Shown here: positions 19,379 through 29,260 of the stretch, in pieces
Layout: every line of letters starts with the position of its first letter
Position numbering within the stretch: the first letter of the stretch is position 1
Origin: Alphaproteobacteria bacterium
GTDB lineage: Bacteria > Pseudomonadota > Alphaproteobacteria > JAAXGF01
Assembly: GCA_963555825.3 (NCBI GenBank)
Contig: CAUVXB020000002.1
Span: forward strand, 960,001 to 1,024,000
Reading direction: 5' to 3'
Length of the DNA: 64,000 nt
The notes under the pieces: model-generated
The model's database searches: none
What the model was told of the DNA's origin: nothing
What the model saw: only the letters and a program-made list of their open reading frames with translations
Made by a program: the position numbers and the translations under genes

Positions 19379-20431
19379 ATGACGGCAGCCACTGACGTCG
19401 CACCGATCACGCCCGGCTGGCTGCGCGGCGGGGTGTTCGATCTCGGCTTCATCGTCGGCATCGCCGCGCTGGCGCTCGCCTCGGGCGCGCTCGCGGCCTA
19501 TGAGCCGCGCTGGTTCACGCCGATCCTGGTGACCGATCTCTGGCTCTTGGGCTACCACCACGTCGTCACCACCTTCACGCGGCTATGCTTCGACCGCGCG
19601 AGCCTGCGCGCCCACCGCATCCTGATCACCTGGCTGCCGCTAATCGTGCTCGCCGGCGTCGCCGCGCTCGCCGCCGGCGCCGGGCTCTGGGTATTGGCCA
19701 GCGTCTATCTCTACTGGCAGTGGTTCCACTACACGCGCCAGAGCTATGGCATCGCCCAGGTCTACCGGCGCAAGGCCGGATCGGGCTTCGTCGAAAACCC
19801 CTGGCTGACCAGGGCGGCGATCTATCTGCTGCCGCTGTGGGGCATCGCGCACCGCTCGCACCAGGACCCGGGCGCGTTCCTGTTCATGGAGCTGCGCGTC
19901 ATCCCGGTGCCCGAGGTCGCCGTGACCGTCGCCGGCCTCGCCGCCGGCGCGGCGCTCGCGTGGTGGCTGGTAAGCCGCGCCCGCATGGCGATGCGCGGCC
20001 ATCTGCCGGTCGCGCACACGCTCTACATGGCGTCGCATTTCGCCATCTTCTATGTCGGTTATCTGGTGATCGAGGACATCACCCATGGCTGGCTGGTGCT
20101 CAACGTGTGGCACAACGCGTAGTACATCGCCTTCGTCTGGATTTACAACAACAACCGGTTCAAGCGTGGCGTCGACCGACAAGCGCGCTTCCTGTCGACG
20201 ATCAGCCAGACGCGCAACTGGTGGCTCTACTTCCCGGTTTGCGTGGCGATCTCGACGCTGCTCTACAAACTGGTCGAACCGAGCCTCGTGGCGCTGATCG
20301 CACTGGCCGGCCTGCCGGCGATGCCGGTGATCGTCATCTACATGACGGTCAACTTCCACCACTACATCGTCGACGGCGTCATCTGGAAGCTGCGCCGGAA
20401 ACCGCTGCAACAGACCCTGGGCATCGCATGA
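19379..20431 (+). pseudogene. polytopic membrane protein with one in-frame TAG (20120-20122)
   Basis: LGYHHV, WQWFHYTRQSYGI, WHNA*YIAFVW, NFHHYIVDGVIWKLR; the same frame continues past the TAG to 20431. Confidence 0.8.
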
Positions 20432-21879
20432 CCGGCAGCAATCTCCTGTTCATCTGTTCGGACGAGCACGCGCGCAGCGCGATGGGCTGCTCGGGTCACA
20501 CCGTGGTCCAGACGCCGACGCTCGATCGGCTCGCCGCAAGCGGCACGCGTTTCACCAATGCCTACACCAATTCGCCGATCTGCGTGCCGGCGCGCGCCAG
20601 CCTGGCGACCGGACGCTACGTCCACCAAATCGGCAACTGGTCGAGCGCGGAGCCGTACAAGGGCGATGTGCCGGGCTGGGGCCACCGGCTGATCGACGAC
20701 GGCCACCGGGTCGTCTCGATCGGCAAGCTGCACTACCGCGACACCGACGACCCGAACGGCTTCGAGCCGGAGATCCTGCCGCTCCACGTGGTCGACGGGG
20801 TTGGCTGGATGACCGCGCTGCTGCGCCGCGACCCACCGCCCGCCGGCGACGTCAACGCCGGCTTCGCGCGCGACGTCGGCGCCGGCGAGACCGCCTACAC
20901 CCGATACGACCGCGACATCTGCGCCGCCGCCTGCGATTGGCTCAAGAACGATGGCGCACGCCGCGGCGACACGCCCTGGGTGCTCTTCGTCTCGTTTGTC
21001 TGCCCGCATTACCCACTCGTCGCGCCGGCCGAATTCCACGGCCTGTATACGCCGGAAGACGCCGGCTGGCCGCGCGCTTACGCGCCCGATCAGCGCCCGA
21101 CGCACCCGGTACTGACCGAGCTGGCGCGCTATTTCGACTACGACGCCTATTTCGACGATGCCCGCGTGCGCGAGGCGCGCGCGGCCTATTACGGGCTCTG
21201 CTCGTTCCTCGACGACAACGTCCGCAAACTGCTCGCCGCGCTCGAGGACGGCGGCCTCGCCGGCGAGACGCGGATCGTCTACACCGCCGACCACGGCGAG
21301 ATGCTCGGCGACCACGGTTTCTGGGCCAAGTCGGTGATGTACGACGGCGCCGTGGCCGTGCCGCTGATCGTCGCCGGGCCCGGCGTGCCGGCCGGCGCGG
21401 TGATCGAGACGCCGGTCAGCCACGTCGATTGCTACCCGACCATCGTCGAGAGCGTCGGCGCGCCGCTGAGCGTCGCCGAGCGCGCGCTGCCCGGCCACTC
21501 GCTGATCGACATCGCCGAGGGCGCCACGCCCGATCGCACGGTGCTCAGCGAGTATCACGACGGCGGCGCGATCACCGGCATCTTCATGGTCCGCGTCCGG
21601 CGCTGGAAATACGTCCACTACGTCGGCTACGCGCCGCAGCTGTTCGACCTGAATGCCGACCCAACGGAAGAGAACGACCTGGGCGAGAGCCCCGACCACG
21701 CCGAGGTGCGCGCCGAGTGCGAGGCGCGCCTGCGCGACATCCTCGACCCCGAAGCGGTCAACGACCAGGCCTTCGCCGACCAGGCGCGCCGCGCCGAGGC
21801 ACTCGGCGGCGCGGCGGCGATCCGCGCCCGCGGCGACTTCTCCTACACCCCGGCGCCGGGCGAGGCGGCGGCGGGCTAA
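20428..21879 (+). CDS. sulfatase (choline-sulfatase-like)
   Basis: SDEH, CVPARASLATG (CxPxR), GKLH, ADHGEMLG; ATGA overlap with upstream gene. Confidence 0.92.
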   Translation: MTGSNLLFICSDEHARSAMGCSGHTVVQTPTLDRLAASGTRFTNAYTNSPICVPARASLATGRYVHQIGNWSSAEPYKGDVPGWGHRLIDDGHRVVSIGKLHYRDTDDPNGFEPEILPLHVVDGVGWMTALLRRDPPPAGDVNAGFARDVGAGETAYTRYDRDICAAACDWLKNDGARRGDTPWVLFVSFVCPHYPLVAPAEFHGLYTPEDAGWPRAYAPDQRPTHPVLTELARYFDYDAYFDDARVREARAAYYGLCSFLDDNVRKLLAALEDGGLAGETRIVYTADHGEMLGDHGFWAKSVMYDGAVAVPLIVAGPGVPAGAVIETPVSHVDCYPTIVESVGAPLSVAERALPGHSLIDIAEGATPDRTVLSEYHDGGAITGIFMVRVRRWKYVHYVGYAPQLFDLNADPTEENDLGESPDHAEVRAECEARLRDILDPEAVNDQAFADQARRAEALGGAAAIRARGDFSYTPAPGEAAAG

Positions 21880-21951
21880 GATGATACCCAGCGCGCGCCT
21901 ATCGCCTCAACAACCCATTCGATCAGTTCAAATGGAGCTCTTGCTGAAGCT

Positions 21952-22281
21952 TTATACCGTCGCGTCGCCGAGGGCGTCCTCAAGTTCCGGCCCGATGAAT
22001 TTTTTGGCGACTTTGTCCGGTCTCGTGATCCACATTATCAACGTAAAGATTAAGATAAGCACACGCTTCGCAATGTCCATGTATCTGGACAGCAATCTCA
22101 AAGATTTACTGTTAGGATATTTTGCATATAATTTTTTTACTGCCAAATCGCTAAGAGGAAACCCAACGATATACTTACTATAACTCAGAATTTTCTTTAT
22201 GAACACCAACGTCAGTAGGCTATAGTATTGAGTGGCATCGAGGATTTCATGATGGCGCCGGCGACTTTTTGACTTCGCCAT
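21952..22281 (-). CDS. hypothetical protein (low-GC islet)
   Basis: 109-aa ORF with hydrophobic segments; no family recognised. Confidence 0.4.
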   Translation of the reverse strand: MAKSKSRRRHHEILDATQYYSLLTLVFIKKILSYSKYIVGFPLSDLAVKKLYAKYPNSKSLRLLSRYMDIAKRVLILIFTLIMWITRPDKVAKKFIGPELEDALGDATV

Positions 22282-22472
22282 TCTTCGAGTACTTCGTCAA
22301 GATCAGAGTGGCTGATGATTGTCTCAAAGGGCCCCAAGACTGCGCCAAGACCATCTTCATCATCCTCGTTTTCCGAAGCGCCATCGGCGCTGGCCCCGGT
22401 ATCTTGCCCCTGCGTATCATCGCTTTCGTCGCCTTCTGCAGCTTCACTACTGGGTTGTACAGACGCTCCCAT
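22212..22472 (-). CDS. small acidic hypothetical protein
   Basis: 86-aa D/E-rich ORF preceded by GAAGG. Confidence 0.4.
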   Translation of the reverse strand: MGASVQPSSEAAEGDESDDTQGQDTGASADGASENEDDEDGLGAVLGPFETIISHSDLDEVLEEWRSQKVAGAIMKSSMPLNTIAY

Positions 22473-22478
22473 GGCCCT

Positions 22479-22724
22479 TCAGACGCCAACTATCGTGCTT
22501 GCCTCAATTGAACTTTCAGCGCTCGCGTATTCGGATGTTAGGAAAACAGTAATCTTGGAGACGTGGTCGCTGTCTTCGAAAAACTTATCGAGTCCCTTGA
22601 TCGCGGCGACTTTCCTCGCCAACGCGTCTTGACCCGCAAGTGTGAACTCGATCGTATCACCTGAATCGAGGATGGAGATGAGCTGCTCGCCGACATTTCT
22701 GATGTGGGGCGGATAGTGTGGCAT
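22479..22724 (-). CDS. small hypothetical protein
   Basis: 81-aa ORF with GAGG RBS (gtgaggtaacgccATG). Confidence 0.55.
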   Translation of the reverse strand: MPHYPPHIRNVGEQLISILDSGDTIEFTLAGQDALARKVAAIKGLDKFFEDSDHVSKITVFLTSEYASAESSIEASTIVGV

Positions 22725-22877
22725 GGCGTTACCTCACGTGCCTTTCGAATTGGTGAAACACCATTATCCGTGGTCACGTAATGGCGCCTCAGACCGTTAC
22801 AAGCGTTGATTATGGTGGTTATTGGACGTGAGAGCCCCGGTGTTAAATGACATTTGCCGCGTCTGTTTCGTTGGAAA

Positions 22878-23366
22878 TTACCCTGTGAATCGTTCAATAA
22901 GCGCCTGCCGATTACTCAATCTACGAGCTGTTTTCCGCACAGGTCCTTGTTCGGTAATCCGTCGGGTGGCCAATATCATGATATCAATCAAAGCGGACAG
23001 GCATGTGGAAATCAATTCTTCCGATTTATTTGTTGTCTGGAAATACGTATGCCTTCTGTCTCCTTCTTTGTCGTCCAGTAGAGAATATGTTTCAAGATAA
23101 CCTTTGTCTATTAGGCGGTCAATATGTATTCTTGCGGATCTATCTTTCCGTGGCTTGTATACTTCTTTTGCTTTCTGGGGATTGAAAAGGACATCACTTT
23201 TATTGCTTAGCCAGACGAGATGTAGCAACAACCAGCTAGGGCGATCTATTAGTTGTTGGGTTCCATCGCTTTCAACGGTATATGTGGTATCCAATTCAGT
23301 TATATAGTCAAGATATGCGTTGAGAATCGTCTTGAGCTGTTCCACGTTATACTCATTCTCGCTCAT
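22878..23366 (-). CDS. winged-helix (MarR-like) DNA-binding protein
   Basis: RIHIDRLIDKGYLE...DRRHTYFQTT resembles a MarR helix plus DxR wing; G-rich RBS. Confidence 0.6.
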   Translation of the reverse strand: MSENEYNVEQLKTILNAYLDYITELDTTYTVESDGTQQLIDRPSWLLLHLVWLSNKSDVLFNPQKAKEVYKPRKDRSARIHIDRLIDKGYLETYSLLDDKEGDRRHTYFQTTNKSEELISTCLSALIDIMILATRRITEQGPVRKTARRLSNRQALIERFTG

Positions 23367-23430
23367 TTGTGCCCCCCCGATAGTTTCATAAATTATATTA
23401 CAATTTCTGCTTGAATGTAAACGCCCTTAG

Positions 23431-24900
23431 CAGCCCGTTGAAAAAGGCGTCATTGACCGGGTTTCACGCCACGGCGAAGCATATCGCGGCGAAGGCGGTT
23501 TCGCCATCCTCCGAGACGATGAGGACGATCTGAACGACCAGGACGGCTCCAGCGGGCGTAACAAGCACGAACAAGGCGCCAATTCCGCCCGCCACGGCCT
23601 CCTTCGGGGTGCCGGCGCCGATGAGTTGGCGCATCAGCAACGATAGGTTGTGGCCGGCGACGTGAAGCAGGTATCGCTTGTGCACGTTCTCGCGGCCCCG
23701 AAGCCAGGTCCGGCGCATACCGCCGCGATCGAGGTTGTGGGCAAAGGAGCGCTCGACGATCTCGGCGCGCAGCTTGAAGGCTTCCCTGGCCACCCCCGAT
23801 AACAGCCGGGTCCGGTTGTTGGTGACCGCCCGGCGAGCCGCATCATCTCCGTGCCAGCGCGCAAAACCCTTCTGCTTGGGCTCGGAGATCCGGCTCTTCC
23901 AGGGGCCGTCGTCGAGCGCCTTCAAGACCAACCGTGAGTGGTAGCCCTTATCGGTCACACATTCGGCCGGATCTTCGGCCGTCGGCGCCACATCCACCGC
24001 CTCGAGGTTTGCCTCGGCCGCCGCCAGGGTCTTGGGAAGCGTTGTCGTATCGCCCTCGTCGGCCGGGTGCAGCTCCGCCGCCACCACCGCGCCGGTGTCC
24101 AGATCCACCGCGTGCTCGGGCTTGTAGGCCAGGTGCGTGGTGCCGTCCTTCATCTTGGCGATCTTGGCCTCGGGGTCGCTCCTGGAAACCCAGTCCTGGT
24201 TCGAGAGCTTCTTGCCCTTGCGCTTGCGGTCCAGACGCGCCAGGTCCTCAGCCGTGGGTGTCTCGATACCGCTCTCCTGGGCCAAGCGCTCCAGCATCCC
24301 CCGGTAACCCTCGCCCGTGTCCCTCCGCACGATGTTGCGCAGCGCCGCGTTGGCCTCCATGGTCGAGGCATCCACCCCGATGCGCTCGCCCTTCACCAGA
24401 CCCGCCTCGGCGATCAGCGCCAGGACCCAGTCAAACACCGCCGTGTGGACTTCATGGGGCAGGCGCGCGCGGGTCCGTGACAGCCAGGAATGGTCCGGCA
24501 CCCGTCCCCGCCTCTCCAACAGCAGGAACTCCCGTAGCGACAGGGAATCCGAGCACCGCCACTCCAGCCCACGCTCAGAGTCGATACCCTCGAAGTAGCC
24601 CACCAGGTGCATACGGAAGTAGCGCCCGGGTGGCACCGAAGGCGCCCCCATCCTGGCCGCGTAATAGGGCTGGCAGACCGCCTCGGCGAAGCCGTCGAAG
24701 CCGCCCTCGATCAGTACCAACTGCAGGCGGTCGTAAAATACATGACCTGGCGAGCGCGGCATCTCCGACCAGCTCACCATCAAGTCCCCCTGACGATCCT
24801 TCTGCTGTCCCATCGCCATCAGCGAACCCCCCTTCAGGCCAGGACACCAGAGAATCAGACCATGCCGACTTCGTCCAGGGAAGACTTCGTCAACGGGCTG
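23431..24900 (-). mobile_element. IS1182/IS5-like element
   Basis: IRs CAGCCCGTTGA / TCAACGGGCTG; 4-bp TSD TTAG (23427-23430, 24901-24904). Confidence 0.9.
23464..24819 (-). CDS. IS1182-like DDE transposase
   Basis: SERGLEW..PDHSWLSR, VDASTMEANA, DPEAKI, TDKGY, VERSFAH. Confidence 0.9.
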   Translation of the reverse strand: MAMGQQKDRQGDLMVSWSEMPRSPGHVFYDRLQLVLIEGGFDGFAEAVCQPYYAARMGAPSVPPGRYFRMHLVGYFEGIDSERGLEWRCSDSLSLREFLLLERRGRVPDHSWLSRTRARLPHEVHTAVFDWVLALIAEAGLVKGERIGVDASTMEANAALRNIVRRDTGEGYRGMLERLAQESGIETPTAEDLARLDRKRKGKKLSNQDWVSRSDPEAKIAKMKDGTTHLAYKPEHAVDLDTGAVVAAELHPADEGDTTTLPKTLAAAEANLEAVDVAPTAEDPAECVTDKGYHSRLVLKALDDGPWKSRISEPKQKGFARWHGDDAARRAVTNNRTRLLSGVAREAFKLRAEIVERSFAHNLDRGGMRRTWLRGRENVHKRYLLHVAGHNLSLLMRQLIGAGTPKEAVAGGIGALFVLVTPAGAVLVVQIVLIVSEDGETAFAAICFAVA

Positions 24901-24999
24901 TTAGCTCTATTGAATTGCGGCTAATTTTTGCCAACGGCGTGCATACCTCACAAAATTTGGCACGAGAGTTTCAGCTCAAACTTCGTACAGTGAGGTCAT

Positions 25000-25229
25000 C
25001 GATTGGGGTTGACTGGATCGCGACGCACACCGACCTCGCCAGCTTCTACGCCTGCATGGAACCGAGGAATCGCGCTTCCGGGCGCATCCTCGAAATGGCC
25101 GGAATGGTGTATGTCCGCCACGCGGACCTGTGGAATTCGGTTAAGCTCGGGATCGGGCTGATTTCCGTGTACGTCCTCGATTGCGCGGCCCATCGTGAGG
25201 CGCTCGGATCTCGCGTGCCGCCAGCCTGA
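25000..25229 (+). pseudogene. C-terminal remnant of RimJ/RimL-type GNAT acetyltransferase
   Basis: PRNRASGRILEMAGM matches the GNAT N-x-AS-x-R-(I/V)LEK-x-G motif; no N-terminus. Confidence 0.55.
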
Positions 25230-25247
25230 CACGGCCCGCCGGCCGGC

Positions 25248-26240
25248 TCACGCGCTCATCAGCGCGTCGTGGACGAATTTCTGGAAGAAATGGACGTGGT
25301 GCTCCGAGAAATCGGTGCGCGCGCGGTCGACGATCAAGCGGCCCTGGCGGTAGCCGCGTGAGCGCAGGCCCTTCTGCACTTGCTCGCACAGGCGCACGTC
25401 CTCGCCGATCAAGACGTTCTTGATGTAGTCGACGAAGCGCCGCTCGCGCTCTAAGGGCTCGCGGCTGGTGAAGTAGAAGTCCCAGCGCTCGCGCGTCGTC
25501 TCGGGCCCGGTCGGCACGACCTGGAACAGGACCGCGCCTGGCGAGCCCGGCCAGAACAGCGGGATCAGCGTCGGCCAGATGTAGCCGAACAGTGAATCCC
25601 GCTGGGCGTCGGCCGCGTCGAGCGCGTAGGCGCCGCTGTCGAGCGCCTTGCGCTCGACAACATGCGAAAACGTGATGCCGTCGTCGGACCAATGCGCCTT
25701 GTCGCGGTAGTCGACCAGCGCCATCAGCGTCTTGTGGTTGGCGGCGCAGTGATAGCATTCGTGATTGTTGTCGATCACCGTCTTCCAGTTGGCGGCGACC
25801 GCGACCTCGTGGCGCTCGGCGCGCACCAGATCGTCGAGCCTGGGGCAGTAGGCGTACATGTCGCGCAAGAAGTTGGGCGCCTGCTCGACCAAGGGCGCGG
25901 CGTCGGCGTCCAGGTTGACGAACAGGAAACCGCCATAGGCCTCGATGCGCACCGGTGCGCGCTCGGCGTCGTCGAAGGCGCGGATTTCGCCGTCCTCACC
26001 GCGCATCGCGACGACGCCCCGGTCGGCGACCGCGCCGGCGATACGGTCGCCTGGCGCGGCGATGTCGCTGACGTGGCCGAGATAACTCCAGGTCCGGTAG
26101 AAGATCGCCGCGTGCTCGAGCCGGTAGATCTCGGGCGCGGTGTACCAGTGCGCCGGCAAGGTCCAGCTGTTCTCGGCGACCGGGTCGAAGCGCCCGGCGT
26201 CGAGCAGCGGCGGCGATCGCAGCTCGGCTTGGTCGTTCAT
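25248..26240 (-). CDS. Rieske-type oxygenase alpha subunit (CntA/choline monooxygenase-like) lacking the [2Fe-2S] motif
   Basis: TLPAHWYT N-terminus and NWKTVIDNNHECYHCAANH iron site present; no CxH/CxxH between EIRAF and VRIEAYGGFLFVNLD. Confidence 0.85.
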   Translation of the reverse strand: MNDQAELRSPPLLDAGRFDPVAENSWTLPAHWYTAPEIYRLEHAAIFYRTWSYLGHVSDIAAPGDRIAGAVADRGVVAMRGEDGEIRAFDDAERAPVRIEAYGGFLFVNLDADAAPLVEQAPNFLRDMYAYCPRLDDLVRAERHEVAVAANWKTVIDNNHECYHCAANHKTLMALVDYRDKAHWSDDGITFSHVVERKALDSGAYALDAADAQRDSLFGYIWPTLIPLFWPGSPGAVLFQVVPTGPETTRERWDFYFTSREPLERERRFVDYIKNVLIGEDVRLCEQVQKGLRSRGYRQGRLIVDRARTDFSEHHVHFFQKFVHDALMSA

Positions 26241-26301
26241 GGCGTGCTCCCGGCGCAACTCAGAGCCGCCAAAGGATACCGCAAATCGTCATCCGCCGCG
26301 G

Positions 26302-28059
26302 CTAGTTTTCGGCGCGGTAGCGATAGACGTCGAAGCCCTTGAGCGACTCGATCGGCGTGTAGCGCTCGCGGACGAAGTCGACGATCGGCGCGGTCATCGG
26401 CGTGTTGTACTTGTCGCGCGGGCGGTGGAACACCAGCGCCGGCGGGTCGCGCTCGAGGATCGCGAGCGCCTCGGCGACGTCGGCCGCGTCGGTCAGGCCG
26501 ATGCCGGCGTTGAAGAAGCGCAGCGGGTTGCGCCGGCGCGCCAGCACGTAGAGCTCGGGGTTCATCGGCAGCGCCAGGATCGGCGCGCCGGCCGGCGCCT
26601 CGCGCGCGATCAACGCGACGAAATGGGCGTAGAGCCGGGCCTCGCCGGGTTCGATCGCCAGGCCGACGCGGTCGAGCCCGTGGTCGGCCGAAAGTGCGAT
26701 GCGCTCGCCGCGCAGCGCGCCGTCGATGCCGCGCGTCAGCGGCTGCGCGGCATGGTAGTGGAGCGCGACCGCGGCCATCGCAGAGGCGATACCGACCGGC
26801 GCCCAGCGTCCCGGGCGCGTGCCGCCCGTGGTCAGCCAAAGCACCGCGGCGATCGTCGGGCCGGTCGCGAAGAACAGATAAACGGGGATCTGATAGTGCA
26901 CCGCGACGAGCACATAGAAGACGCCGAGGAAGGCCAGCGGATGGAACGCCGGCGATGCCGTGCCGGCACGCATCAGGCCGCGCAGCACCAGGAAGCCTTG
27001 CGCCGTGGCGAGCAGCACGAGCGCGACCCAGAACAGCCCGTTGGCGACTTCCACCGCGCTGACCAGCACGGCGACCTGGCGCAGCGCGGTGACCAGGAAG
27101 AGGCCGTGGCCGAAGGGGTTGGCGCGCAGGAAGTCGAGGTTGGAGAGCGCCAGCGCGCCGATCACGATGGCGTCGAGCCAGTCCGCGAGCGAGCCGTTGG
27201 CCAGGTGATAGGCGACCAGCGGCGCCGCCGCCACCGCCGCGCCCACCGTGAGCCAGAGCGCCATGCGGGCGACCGCGCGATTGCCGGCCGCCGGGTTGAA
27301 CCACGCCCAGATCAAGACGGCGATCGGCCAAACGCCGAACAGGCCGATCGCCTGGCCGTCGGTCTTGCCCAACAGGTAGCCGGCCAGTCCGGCGAGCATG
27401 ATCAGCAGCAGCGCCCGCACCAGGCCGCGACCGGTGTCGGCGTTGCGCGCGTCGAGCCGAGGCTCGCCCGACCGTGGCTCGACCAGCAGCCAGGCGACGA
27501 CGCCGATGGCGACGATGACACCGGTCAACTGGTGGAACATGATCAGCGTGCCGATCAGGAAACCAATGACGGCGAGCCGCCAGCGCCATTCGCGCGGCAG
27601 CCAGGCCACCGCGGCGACGATCAGCAGGTAGACGAACAGCGCGTGCCAGTTGGCCGTCGGGTTGAGAAACTGGACGAACGACAGCGCCGTCCCGGCCAGC
27701 GCGCCGACGACGCCGACGACCGCGCCGCGCGGGCCGAGCAGCAGGAAGATCAGCCCCGCCTGGACGATGCCCATGGCGACCAGCGGATAGCGCAGCGACA
27801 CGAAGTCGTCGCCGAACAGCCGGAGCGCCGCGGCGTTGAGGAAATTGTGGTAGCCCGGGTGGACGTCGTCGATGTCGCGGTGCATCACCTCGCCGGCCAG
27901 GATGCGCTCGGCCATGTGGAAGTCGGCGCCGTCGTCGGGCGCCCACCAGAAGCGGTCGTGGTAGTGGCCGAGCACCAGCGCCGCGAGCGCCAGCGCGACG
28001 ATCAGGCCGATGATCAGGCGAACATCGAGCGCCCTCGTCGTCGCCGGCGCCTGGTTCAC
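26302..28059 (-). CDS. multi-TM GT-C-like glycosyltransferase (ArnT/PMT-like)
   Basis: PDDGA acidic loop after TM1, ILAGEVMHRD..HPG, many TM helices, soluble C-terminal domain. Confidence 0.65.
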   Translation of the reverse strand: MNQAPATTRALDVRLIIGLIVALALAALVLGHYHDRFWWAPDDGADFHMAERILAGEVMHRDIDDVHPGYHNFLNAAALRLFGDDFVSLRYPLVAMGIVQAGLIFLLLGPRGAVVGVVGALAGTALSFVQFLNPTANWHALFVYLLIVAAVAWLPREWRWRLAVIGFLIGTLIMFHQLTGVIVAIGVVAWLLVEPRSGEPRLDARNADTGRGLVRALLLIMLAGLAGYLLGKTDGQAIGLFGVWPIAVLIWAWFNPAAGNRAVARMALWLTVGAAVAAAPLVAYHLANGSLADWLDAIVIGALALSNLDFLRANPFGHGLFLVTALRQVAVLVSAVEVANGLFWVALVLLATAQGFLVLRGLMRAGTASPAFHPLAFLGVFYVLVAVHYQIPVYLFFATGPTIAAVLWLTTGGTRPGRWAPVGIASAMAAVALHYHAAQPLTRGIDGALRGERIALSADHGLDRVGLAIEPGEARLYAHFVALIAREAPAGAPILALPMNPELYVLARRRNPLRFFNAGIGLTDAADVAEALAILERDPPALVFHRPRDKYNTPMTAPIVDFVRERYTPIESLKGFDVYRYRAEN

Positions 28060-28685
28060 GGCGTCGCGGGCTCGCGCCGCTGTCTCAGGCCGAAGCTGAC
28101 GCGCCCGACGCCGATCTCGGTGATGGTGTGGAACGGCCGCTCGTCCGAACCCAGAAAGCCCGGCGCGCGCAGGAAGACCACGCTGCCCGGCGCATGGTCG
28201 ATCTCGCGCTTGCCCGACCCCGCCCGGTCGGCGCAGAGATAGAGCCGTGCGTCGCCGGCCAGCGTGAACAGGCAGGCGACGTTGATATAGCCGGCCGAAT
28301 CGCGGTGCGGCGTGATGCCGATCGAGCCGGCGTCGTAGCGCTGCAGCATCAAATCGTCGAATTTCAGCGGCGTCGCGAACGGGTCGTCTTCGAGCCCGGC
28401 AAGCGCGCGCTCGACCAGCGTCTGGAAGGCTGCCGTGAAAACGTGGAACGGGCTGTCGTCGGGGAAGACGGCGCAGCAGTCCATGCCCTGGCGCACGATG
28501 TTCTCGCCGCTGCCGACGACGTCCCGAGAGGTGCGGTAGACGCCACGCAGCGCCGCCTCGAGCAGCAGCTCGCGGCCGTCGTCGCGCAGCAGCGGCACCG
28601 ACGCGGCGCCGACCTCGCGCATGCCGTCGACCACCGCGCCCATGTCGAGCGCGGCCTCATCGAAATAGGTCGATGCGTCGCTCAT
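28056..28685 (-). CDS. 2OG-Fe(II) dioxygenase, AlkB-like
   Basis: QRY..GITPHRD (HxD), distal H in RPFHTI, RVSFGLR. Confidence 0.8.
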   Translation of the reverse strand: MSDASTYFDEAALDMGAVVDGMREVGAASVPLLRDDGRELLLEAALRGVYRTSRDVVGSGENIVRQGMDCCAVFPDDSPFHVFTAAFQTLVERALAGLEDDPFATPLKFDDLMLQRYDAGSIGITPHRDSAGYINVACLFTLAGDARLYLCADRAGSGKREIDHAPGSVVFLRAPGFLGSDERPFHTITEIGVGRVSFGLRQRREPATP

Positions 28686-28759
28686 CGCACCCGCTGCCTA
28701 GCCTAGCCTGTCCGACAGGATACACGCGCGGCGACGCGGCGGCGATGGTGTTCGGTCGG

Positions 28760-29260
28760 TCAGCCGAACGAGAACGCGCCCTGGCCGGTGGCGACGCTGC
28801 GCTCGAGTTCCAGGAGCGCGGCCTTGGTCTCGAGGCCGCCGCCGAAGCCGGTAAGCTTGCCGGTCGAGCCGATGACGCGGTGGCAGGGCACGACGATCGG
28901 CAGGGGGTTTCTGCCGTTCGCCGCGCCGACCGCGCGCGACGCCGTTGGCCTGCCGATGGCCCCGGCGATCTCGCCGTAGGACCGCGTCTCGCCGTAGGGA
29001 ATAGTGCGGAGCGCGTCCCAGACGGCGTGTTGGAACGGCGTGCCCCGGGGCGCCAGCGCCAGATCGAAATCGGTGCGCGCGCCCGCGAAATAGGCGTCGA
29101 GCTGGTCGAGCGCGGCGTCGAACGGGCCCGCGTCGGCACGCCAATCTGGCGCCGGCTCGCGCGCGTAGGAATCGCCGGGCAGGCTGATCAGCGTGAGCCC
29201 CTGGTCGTCGCCGGTGAGCACCAAGCGGCCGATCGGGCTAGCCATATGCGTGTAGTACAT
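28760..29260 (-). CDS. ogt: methylated-DNA--protein-cysteine methyltransferase
   Basis: GTPFQ..VW, IPYGETRSY, RAVGAANGRNP, VPCHRVIG active site. Confidence 0.95.
   Translation of the reverse strand: MYYTHMASPIGRLVLTGDDQGLTLISLPGDSYAREPAPDWRADAGPFDAALDQLDAYFAGARTDFDLALAPRGTPFQHAVWDALRTIPYGETRSYGEIAGAIGRPTASRAVGAANGRNPLPIVVPCHRVIGSTGKLTGFGGGLETKAALLELERSVATGQGAFSFG

Noticed and set aside
20120-20122. Pyrrolysine or programmed amber recoding
   Set aside because: No pyl genes in the window and other genes use TAG as a normal stop; a CAG to TAG change is simpler.
22479-22481. Selenocysteine readthrough joining the 81- and 86-aa ORFs
   Set aside because: No redox-motif context or recognisable SECIS; a GAAGG-ATG restart follows directly.
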